A DNA stretch of 13,226 nucleotides from Methanobacteriota archaeon (GCA_043820925.1 JBDRDL010000027.1:1-13226); one strand, 5' to 3'. Positions 1 through 6,667 are shown, counted from the stretch's first letter. Numbers and translations: made by a program. Notes: generated from the sequence alone by a model not told the origin.

Positions 1-210
1 GGCTTGCGTCTCCCTATTGAAGAGTTTGAAAGAAAATATCTGTCAACTTAAATTCATATAAAGCTGACAAAAAGATTATGAATGCTATTGAAAAAATCAA
101 AGCTCATGACTGGGTGAAGGTGGTGGAAGGTGCGAGCTGAGGGTGATTGAGGAGTTCCTGAGGAAGTTTTGAGAAGAGCAACGGTAGGGTCCTTATGATG
201 AATGCTAAAT

Positions 211-678
211 CTATTTTAATTTTATCTTTCCATTTCTTACATTCATAATTATAAAAATACAATCGCTATAAACTTCGGATGCGTACTCTACAGCGACTTG
301 AGCATCTCTTCGTGTAAAAACTTTACTTGCGGGGATATCAAGACAGCCATATATTGACGTGCTATGCGCAAACTCCCACATCTTACAAATCCATCTAATT
401 CTTGCGATTTTTTCACGATAAAAATTCCAGTAATTTGGAAATATAAGCTCACTTAGAACTTTTTCTAATTGTATGGCAGCATCATGCTTAACAGGATATT
501 CTAAACCAACCAACTTATAGAGCGATTTTATTGAAAGCTCGATACGATGTTGAGATGCTTCGACAGCTCCACTACAATCTAAATTTTTTAAAAGATTTTC
601 TGCTCTTCCCTTCACTTTCCGGGCTTCGTCTATAAGCTCTTCTGCTGATTTAATATCTGATTCAGTTTTTTGAGACAT
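211..678 (-). CDS. HEPN domain protein (solo, archaeal MNT-HEPN class)
   Basis: 155 aa. Motifs 'ASQHRIELSIKSL', 'YPVKHD', 'SIYG..IPASKVFTRRDAQ.A' match the archaeal HEPN pattern (SQ..VEL.LKA / P..HD / YG..P...Y.R.DA). AT-rich. No nucleotidyltransferase partner is adjacent. Confidence 0.75.
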   Translation of the reverse strand: MSQKTESDIKSAEELIDEARKVKGRAENLLKNLDCSGAVEASQHRIELSIKSLYKLVGLEYPVKHDAAIQLEKVLSELIFPNYWNFYREKIARIRWICKMWEFAHSTSIYGCLDIPASKVFTRRDAQVAVEYASEVYSDCIFIIMNVRNGKIKLK

Positions 679-729
679 AGAATAAACGTATGTGTCCTAA
701 GACAAATAGTTTATCCAAGTTAATTAAGT

Positions 730-1491
730 TTGAACTACTCTGGCAACGGCTTCGTGAGCTTCGAAAGAGAGAACGGCGAGGACGAGAAGGTTGCGCTCTA
801 TCAGATAGGTGTAGAGAATCTCTGGGGAGATGCAAAGAGCGTTGACTTAATCTGGCACTATCTCGTGCACGACAAGGAGATAAGGTCGAAACGCAGCACT
901 GAAGCAATTGAGAAGCTGAAGGCGGAGATAGCTACGCTGATCGAGCAGATTGAAATGGTTGAGGGAGAGGACAGATTCCCTGCGAGGGAGAGCGAGCTTT
1001 GCAGCTGGTGCGAATATCAAACGCTGTGCCCGAGGCACAAGCACATTGTTGCTACAAGTGAGATGCCGGTTAATAAATTCCTCAAAGACCCGGGAGTAAA
1101 GCTGGTAAATCGGTATGCAAGGCTAGTGGATGAGAAGAGGGCTTTCCTGCAAAAAGTTGAGGACGAGATGACGCAGCTAAAAGAGGCGATTATAGCTTAT
1201 GCGAAGAAGGAAGAAGTCGAGGTAATAAGGGGCAGTGATAAAAAGCTCTCGGTTAAGATTGATACGAAAGCGAAGTTTCCGACAAAGGAGGAAGAAGAAA
1301 GAGCTGAGCTGGATGCGCTGCTGAAGAGCGCAGGGAAGTGGACGGAAATAAGCGACCTGAACGTTTATGCGCTTGCGAGGGCGATGCAGAGGGGAGAGTG
1401 GAGCTCTGAATTGGTGGAGAAGATTGAAAAGTTCCAGAGGTTGGAAGAGCAATATCGCCTCACACTTTCGGTGCTGAGGGAGGAAGAGTGA
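730..1491 (+). pseudogene. 5'-truncated PD-(D/E)XK RecB/AddB/Cas4-like nuclease (C-terminal part)
   Basis: 'ALYQIG' resembles the RecB-family QxxxY motif and 'CSWCEYQTLC' is the CxxCx5C Fe-S motif. The upstream D-x-K catalytic motifs and first Cys are absent. Weak TTG start only 51 bp from the divergent HEPN start. Confidence 0.7.
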
Positions 1492-1582
1492 GAGCAATTT
1501 CATTTACGTTTTATATTCACAAAGTGCCAAAAGCATTTAAGCTAATGCCGTAAACACACTGTTAAGCGATACTTTCGAATCC

Positions 1583-2104
1583 CTATTCAAATGGCTCGGA
1601 ATAATCAAATCCAACAGCAAAAGGACACCGAATAATTTGCTCAATTATTTTTTTATCGCAGACTTTCCAACCAGCTATTTCTATTAAATATTTATCAATA
1701 CTACCTGAGAGTATTTTGCGCTTATAGCTCCATCTATGAGTCTCGTTGCTTAGTCGGATAGCTACAACGACTTCAAGTTGGTAATTACTTGACCGTATGA
1801 AATCTTTATCTGGCTTGCTTAAACTAACGCTACCCTCAGGATGGGTATGAAACTCACCTATTATTTTGTATTTCATGTACTTAGGAAATATCTTTCTAAT
1901 TCGTTTTCGTCTAATTGGACGAATAGAGTCAGGTGCCCTTTTGGCTATCTGATAGGGGATTACATTTTCAACATAATAGATAGTTTTTCTCTTATGCTTT
2001 ACTTTGTAACCTAATAAAATACCACACGCTTCATATTCAGTTGAAGTTTCTATTGCAGAAAGAGTGAGGGTGATGAACCCACTCTCACTAATGTAGATAG
2101 CCAT
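1583..2104 (-). CDS. JAB/MPN+ (JAMM) metalloprotease domain protein
   Basis: Complete JAMM motif: 'EACGILLG' plus 'GEFHTHPEGSVSLSKPD' (HxH-x7-S-x2-D). GGAGG RBS lies 7 nt upstream of the ATG on the minus strand. Confidence 0.9.
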   Translation of the reverse strand: MAIYISESGFITLTLSAIETSTEYEACGILLGYKVKHKRKTIYYVENVIPYQIAKRAPDSIRPIRRKRIRKIFPKYMKYKIIGEFHTHPEGSVSLSKPDKDFIRSSNYQLEVVVAIRLSNETHRWSYKRKILSGSIDKYLIEIAGWKVCDKKIIEQIIRCPFAVGFDYSEPFE

Positions 2105-2158
2105 TTAGTTTCCTCCCGTGTAAAGTAAGCGCCGTTGAATTCTGGCAGTGGCAACTAC

Positions 2159-3541
2159 TCACCTGTTGCCTTTACTACTATTACAACTCGAGCATATTAA
2201 TCGAGCATTTTCTAATGTGGTTCTACCGCCTTTACTCCACGGGTATTTATGGTCTACTTGAGCATCGTCATGAGTTAGATATTTTTTACACTTTTTATTA
2301 CCAGTTGGATTTGGACACCTTGGTTTATTTGTTCTTTGCAATAGTTCTGTCAATAAAAGGTCTTTTACATTTGGGTCAAAAGTTCTCTTGGAATCTTTTG
2401 ATTTTAATATAAAGCCATCTTTTAGAACCGACATTAAATACTCGTGTCTTATCTCTCTATTTTTCTGGCTATCTGTAGCTTGTCTTGTTGAAACGACATA
2501 TTGATACAGTTTCTGTTCTGATTGTGATAACTTAGGGCTCTGATAAGCTTTGACCTTCGGGTCTAACTTTTGTATTTGCTTAGAAAATTCCAAAAGAAAT
2601 TTTCCAACAGTCCTATTGCTAGGTTTATCACTTGATACATATCCCTTATTTAACAAATTGAGCAATACTACAAAAAGCGAATAAAAATCCGATTTGTTTT
2701 TAAATCTCGTGTATTTAATCGAATCCTTAGGGAATATATCATGGATCCAAGAAATAATTTTCTTAAATCCTTTTCGAATATACGCTATTTCTCTCTTTGT
2801 CCATTTATACTTGGATAACAATTCGTCTAACTTCTTTCGTCTATCCGAATATGTGTTTAAATGTATTGCTGTACATAGCTCCAATATCAACTCATGTAGC
2901 AAATATCGATCTAAATCGGTTTTAGAGACGATTCTCCATCGATGCATGAATAAATTAGTATATTCTTTCTCTAACTCATTACCAAGTTCGAAGAACAAAC
3001 CTGAATATCTCGCATGTCTAATTTCATGCTTTTTTAGAGGGGAGCCGGTCGAGTTAATTCGGACGAATACTTCCTTAGAAGCAACATTACGTCCAAAAAA
3101 GTCTGAAAGCTCTCCTTCATATTCTATAATTGGCAATTCATACATCCAAAATTTTTCTAAAATATTTTCATATTCTTTGTTAACTTTTTTAAGTTTAAGT
3201 TCATTGTAAAACAAGTAATCCTTCTCGTTTGTGTGCGGGCTAATAAATTCCACATACAATTCATCTTCTCCTTCTATTTTATCTAATCCAATGAAATGAA
3301 GAATTGTTTCAATACGCTGTTTACCATCCAGTATATCGTAGATCTCTTTTTTTGATTCTGTATCAAACTGTTTATGAAAAATTAGTGCCGGTATTGGGAT
3401 ACCATTAAACAGAGAGGATAATAACAGCCTCCTTTGTTTTGTCTTCCATGCGGGTTTTCTCTGATAAGGAGGGTCAAGATTTATCTGTCCATATCTATAC
3501 TTATCTCGAAGTGCTCCTATCGTCATTGAATAACATTTCAT
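2159..3541 (-). CDS. DUF262 (ParB-like, GmrS-type) domain fused to C-terminal Zn-binding HNH endonuclease; GmrSD-like
   Basis: DUF262 motifs 'PPYQR', 'DGKQR', 'FVRINSTGSPL'. C-terminal 'CPNPTGNKKC...VDHKYPWSKGGRTTLENARLICSSCNSSKG' is an HNH domain with Cys ligands. Visibly AT-rich. Confidence 0.9.
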   Translation of the reverse strand: MKCYSMTIGALRDKYRYGQINLDPPYQRKPAWKTKQRRLLLSSLFNGIPIPALIFHKQFDTESKKEIYDILDGKQRIETILHFIGLDKIEGEDELYVEFISPHTNEKDYLFYNELKLKKVNKEYENILEKFWMYELPIIEYEGELSDFFGRNVASKEVFVRINSTGSPLKKHEIRHARYSGLFFELGNELEKEYTNLFMHRWRIVSKTDLDRYLLHELILELCTAIHLNTYSDRRKKLDELLSKYKWTKREIAYIRKGFKKIISWIHDIFPKDSIKYTRFKNKSDFYSLFVVLLNLLNKGYVSSDKPSNRTVGKFLLEFSKQIQKLDPKVKAYQSPKLSQSEQKLYQYVVSTRQATDSQKNREIRHEYLMSVLKDGFILKSKDSKRTFDPNVKDLLLTELLQRTNKPRCPNPTGNKKCKKYLTHDDAQVDHKYPWSKGGRTTLENARLICSSCNSSKGNR

Positions 3542-3558
3542 ATTGCAACCTTGTCATC

Positions 3559-3570
3559 TTTTTTTATATG
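3559..3570 (-). promoter_or_regulatory. Putative TATA box for the DUF262-HNH/JAB operon
   Basis: Minus strand reads catataaaaaaa about 20-28 nt upstream of the ATG at 3541, consistent with a leaderless archaeal transcript. Confidence 0.4.
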
Positions 3571-3679
3571 GTCATTTTCCCTTACTCCTTCTTCGCAATC
3601 GCCAGATAAAAAACTTTCTATATCCCCGACACGAAAGTATTTTATACGTTAAGATTCAATTAATTTTCTGGTGTAAAAC

Positions 3680-3901
3680 ATGACGGCAACTGCTTCAAAA
3701 ATGTCCGAAAAGCAGATGTTCGCCCTTATTCTGCGAAAACTAGACCGCATTGAAACAAAGCTCATGGAGCAGCATTACCCGGAGGAGGAATCCATAAGAG
3801 AAGAATTTGTGCGGGAAGTGGAAGCTGCGGAAGAGAGAGTGCGCAGGGGCAATGTAAAGCGCTACACTCCTGAGCAATTCAAGAAAGAGTTTTCTGCGTA
3901 A
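3680..3901 (+). CDS. Small acidic antitoxin-like protein upstream of RelE/ParE toxin
   Basis: 73 aa with 'YPEEESIREEFVREVEAAE...G...YTPEQFKKEF', typical of archaeal RelE partners. TATA-like tttata near 3641. Ends 11 bp before the toxin ATG. Confidence 0.65.
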   Translation: MTATASKMSEKQMFALILRKLDRIETKLMEQHYPEEESIREEFVREVEAAEERVRRGNVKRYTPEQFKKEFSA

Positions 3902-3912
3902 TCGGCGGTTTT

Positions 3913-4127
3913 ATGCCATACGACATAGAAATCGAGGGGGAGTTGGAGAAGAACCTCAAAAAATTGCAGAAAAGAGGCAAGACTCTGTACGCTGCCCTCT
4001 TCAAAAAGATTCTGCAGCTATCCGAAAAGCCGCACATCGGCAGGCCCCTGAAGAACGTTCTTTGACGAATCCCAGAACAAGATAATTTTACTCGACTTTT
4101 TCGCACCACGACGAGGCATATAGATAA
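3913..4127 (+). pseudogene. RelE/ParE-family toxin, internally deleted and frameshifted
   Basis: 3913-4065 reads MPYDIEIEGELEKNLKKLQKRGKTLYAALFKKILQLSEKPHIGRPLKNVL*. From 4064 it reads DESQNKIILLDF, then after an extra T in the T5 run at 4097-4101, SHHDEAYR*. The central RRVH/F.L.Y strands are missing. Confidence 0.85.
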
Positions 4128-4135
4128 GAGTTTGT

Positions 4136-4189
4136 CGGTTGGAAGAGCAGTACAGGCTTACGCTGTCTGCGCTGAGGGAGGAAGAATAA
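4136..4189 (+). repeat. Diverged second copy of the 3' end of the nuclease gene (matches 1438-1491)
   Basis: Encodes RLEEQYRLTLSALREEE* versus RLEEQYRLTLSVLREEE*. 40/51 nt are identical over 4139-4189 versus 1441-1491. Confidence 0.92.
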
Positions 4190-4216
4190 AATTTTACATA
4201 GTCCATCTTCGCCGAC

Positions 4217-4759
4217 CTATTTTATCTGGTAGTGAATCAGAAGCACGAGCTCTCGCAGCAGGTCTATCTGGTTGTGTCTTATTATGGGCTTTAAATGCTT
4301 GAAATTCTTCGTCCTGAGATATTTATTCCAAAGCTCTGGCACATCCTTTCCTTCGATTATTCTCTCGCCGAAGTATTCCTCTGGTTCAGAGATAAGCTCG
4401 CCAAGCTTCGGCCACTTGATGTTATTTTCGGCGGCCTTCTTCCTCCAAGACTCCATTAAATCCACGAATTTCGCATCCATCTCAAACTTAGTCTTGATAA
4501 AATCCCGCTCAAATTTAGCATTGTAAGCGTAGAAGGGCTGGGGCAACCTCCGCAAATCGCAGCTTATGAGCTTTAGGAAATCAGCTTCACTTCCGCCTTT
4601 TCTTTGAGTTATTTTGAGGCTGCTGCCCTCGATGTACCTGAAGGTGACTATCTCATCCTGACACGGGTTTAAGCCAGTTGTTTCAAAGTCGATGAGCGAG
4701 CCTTTGGGTATTCCAATTAGTAACTCCCAGGAATGCTCATATGGTTTCCTCATTCGCAT
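4217..4759 (-). CDS. RNase H-like DEDD 3'-5' exonuclease (RNase_H_2/YprB family)
   Basis: 'LIDFETTGL' (ExoI), 'YAYNAKFE' (ExoII), 'G..VPELW..Y' and 'RHNQIDL' (ExoIII). Confidence 0.8.
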   Translation of the reverse strand: MRMRKPYEHSWELLIGIPKGSLIDFETTGLNPCQDEIVTFRYIEGSSLKITQRKGGSEADFLKLISCDLRRLPQPFYAYNAKFERDFIKTKFEMDAKFVDLMESWRKKAAENNIKWPKLGELISEPEEYFGERIIEGKDVPELWNKYLRTKNFKHLKPIIRHNQIDLLRELVLLIHYQIK

Positions 4760-5024
4760 GTTTTCCTTTCAGCGTTCTTTCTTTTTGACTTTTTCGGCTC
4801 GCCTTATCTCCAGCGGAGCTGTCGCCTTACAACTCTGGAGTGCATTACGCGTATTAGCTTGTGGGCTGCCTCTTCCGTGAGGAAGATGGCGTACATGCCA
4901 GCTTTCTTGCGAAATTGGAACGGTTTCGACTTCTTAAACAAAGAAACGTGTTGCAAGTTGGAACCCTCCGGAAATGCCGGCTATTCATGCGTGGTCCGTG
5001 AAGCTGCACTTTCTCTGATTCATT

Positions 5025-5555
5025 TTATCGTGAAATAGATAGAAAAAGGAAAGCGCCCACAACAGCCGTACAAACTATGGCGATTAGCAAGAAAACGGTG
5101 CTTGCGAACAAGTAGTTGTATTTCTTCGTATTATGCAGGTTGTAAAATTGAATCGCATCATAAATCTGTAGCGAGAGGTGTTGAAGGCTCAACTGAGTTT
5201 TTTCGGTAAAAACTTCTTGGATAAACTCTTTGGAGTTGATTTGGGGTATGGGCATGTATTTTGTGGTCCTGTAAGCGAAGAGGGCTAGGATAGTGGAGAA
5301 TATATACATGGCAAACCCAAGGACTACGACAATTTTCAAAACAGAAAAATAAGCAGAACTTGTAAGAAAGGTCCGTGTTTTTTCATCGAGGACCCCTACA
5401 ATGATAGCTACCAAAATTGTGTTTATTATTCCGTCCAGACCCAGTAGGGTGTGAGCTCTGGTAGAGAGGTCATCGTTCCTCTCTTTAACAGCCTTGTATT
5501 GTGCTAAGAGCATTTGATGTAGTTGTTCCTGTTGGGTAAGTTTTTCCATAGACAT
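5025..5555 (-). CDS. Three-TM membrane protein resembling the Pycsar TM effector/DUF5706 architecture
   Basis: N-terminal helix then 'DDLSTRAHTLLGLDGII', two hydrophobic segments, a soluble loop, and 'HNTKKYNYLFAS' before a third TM segment. The coding call is solid; the family call is tentative. Confidence 0.55.
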   Translation of the reverse strand: MSMEKLTQQEQLHQMLLAQYKAVKERNDDLSTRAHTLLGLDGIINTILVAIIVGVLDEKTRTFLTSSAYFSVLKIVVVLGFAMYIFSTILALFAYRTTKYMPIPQINSKEFIQEVFTEKTQLSLQHLSLQIYDAIQFYNLHNTKKYNYLFASTVFLLIAIVCTAVVGAFLFLSISR

Positions 5556-5602
5556 AGACTTTTTCGTTCTCCTAGAATTTTAGAAATTGAACTTTTGCGC
5601 TT

Positions 5603-5725
5603 TTAGCGCATTTTACATACGTCCACTTTATAGCACCAACCATCCTTATAATATTCGCAATTGAGTTTAGGCTGACCACTTTTAGGACAAGCACCCGGAC
5701 CATTAAAATCACATTTTCTAGCCAT
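5603..5725 (-). CDS. Unannotated 40-aa Cys-rich microprotein
   Basis: MARKCDFNGPGACPKSGQPKLNCEYYKDGWCYKVDVCKMR*, with 5 Cys. Preceded by GGAGTTGAAAGGAAT. Ends 47 bp upstream of the co-oriented TM gene. Confidence 0.65.
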   Translation of the reverse strand: MARKCDFNGPGACPKSGQPKLNCEYYKDGWCYKVDVCKMR

Positions 5726-5773
5726 ATTCCTTTCAACTCCTTTGATTTTTGGAGGCTCTGAATAGCAATGGAC

Positions 5774-5933
5774 TTTTACCTACTTTAAGTTTACTGCGGC
5801 TTTCCGTTCTTTTGTCAGGCGACTTCCCATCTCAGCTGGAGAAGTCGCCCTTGCGTAAGCAAGACCGCAAGTCTTGCGCCTACCTTACGGTATTGCGTCA
5901 GCAAGTAGCTTCTACTAAATTTTGGAGGTAAAG
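5774..5933. other. Dense multi-hairpin element (structured RNA or ssDNA origin-like)
   Basis: Stems: ggcgacttc-cca/tgg-a-gaagtcgcc (5818-5849), cttgc-gtaa-gcaag (5850-5863), gcaagac-cgcaa-gtcttgc (5859-5877), tacc-ttac-ggta (5881-5892), ttgc-gtca-gcaa (5893-5904), agtag-ctt-ctact (5904-5916). Potential closing pair tttacct (5775-5781) with aggtaaa (5926-5932). Confidence 0.65.
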
Positions 5934-5935
5934 CA

Positions 5936-6049
5936 ATGGAGTGCAGTCTTGGAAAAGCAGAGTGGATGTGCCAGAGATGCTGCGATGGCTGTGAGCACAG
6001 CATAATAGTGAAACCAGTTGACAACGTGCTATTGATTGATTCCCTATGA
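5936..6049 (+). CDS. Unannotated 37-aa Cys-rich microprotein
   Basis: MECSLGKAEWMCQRCCDGCEHSIIVKPVDNVLLIDSL*, with a CxxCCxxCxH cluster. GGAGGT RBS at 5924-5929, 6 nt before the ATG. Confidence 0.6.
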   Translation: MECSLGKAEWMCQRCCDGCEHSIIVKPVDNVLLIDSL

Positions 6050-6097
6050 TCACGACCCAACAACGCACATCGAATTCAAAACATGAATTTGGTATTA

Positions 6098-6631
6098 TCA
6101 ACGACAAGGCTTGAGCAAATCGTATATCTTCAAGGCAATTCCCTTGAATTTGTACTCCTCCCTCCAGAAATCGCTGGTATCATAACCTTGCTCTGCATAT
6201 TCTTTTGCCTGAAGCAGCATTTCCAGTTTATCCGCATACTTTACGAGCTTTGCCTCTGGAGTTCTGCCTTTCCTATATTCTCCCCAGAGCTGCATGTACT
6301 CTTTTTTGAGTTTTTCTGGCAGGTTTTTTAGGATTTTGCTCATAGCTTTCTTTTCAATTTCTCTTTTCTGCCCGTAGTTCGGGGAGCGCCTCGTGAGGTC
6401 TCCGACTTGCGATTCTGGCAGGTCGTGCAGGAGCGACATCTTCAAAACTTTCTGCGTGCTGCATTTTTCCATTTCAGAAAGAAGCATCGCAATGACCGCT
6501 ACCCGAAAAGTATGCTCCGCCACGCTCTCGCAGTCTTTGATTCCCTCCATCTTCCAGCCTTCCCTGGGTAATGCCTTTAATTTTCCAGCTTCTCCTAAAA
6601 ATTTCAGGAGTTCTTCTGTTTTTGCTCTCAT
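6098..6631 (-). CDS. HD-domain phosphohydrolase (YfbR/HDDC2-like 5'-deoxynucleotidase)
   Basis: 'LKALPREGW', 'ESVAEHTF', 'LLHDLPE..VGD', 'ADKLE'. Start reassigned to MRAKTEE (6631) to avoid overlap with rnz. Confidence 0.9.
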   Translation of the reverse strand: MRAKTEELLKFLGEAGKLKALPREGWKMEGIKDCESVAEHTFRVAVIAMLLSEMEKCSTQKVLKMSLLHDLPESQVGDLTRRSPNYGQKREIEKKAMSKILKNLPEKLKKEYMQLWGEYRKGRTPEAKLVKYADKLEMLLQAKEYAEQGYDTSDFWREEYKFKGIALKIYDLLKPCR

Positions 6632-6654
6632 GGACTTAACTATGTGATACGTAA

Positions 6655-6667
6655 GACTTAATATTAT
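6655..6667. promoter_or_regulatory. Shared TATA-like element of divergent HD hydrolase/rnz promoters
   Basis: ttaatattat lies about 25 nt from both start codons (6631 on minus, 6687 on plus). Confidence 0.45.

Noticed and set aside
730..1491. CRISPR-associated Cas4 or a CRISPR locus
   Set aside because: Only the C-terminal Cys cluster is present, and there is no cas1/cas2 or repeat-spacer array in the window.
1441..4189. Simple target-site duplication or DGR TR/VR pair
   Set aside because: The differences are mainly silent third-position changes at all base types, which points to protein-level selection.
1583..5555. Canonical CBASS type II or Pycsar system (JAB plus TM effector)
   Set aside because: No CD-NTase, PycC cyclase or E1/E2 gene. 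The JAB and TM genes lie in different cassettes separated by remnants.
5764..5920. Fluoride riboswitch, hammerhead ribozyme or tRNA
   Set aside because: gcaatgga and gcttctac resemble fragments of the fluoride motif, but the P1 and pseudoknot pairings are absent. No CUGANGA/GAAA core, T-loop or cloverleaf was found by eye.
5774..5933. Retron msr/msd or DGR element
   Set aside because: No reverse transcriptase in the window and no adenine-specific repeat pair.
5749..6107. Track ORFs 5749-5931, 5815-6063 and 5898-6107
   Set aside because: Non-ATG starts without a convincing RBS or motifs. They overlap the hairpins and the better-supported RBS-led microprotein.
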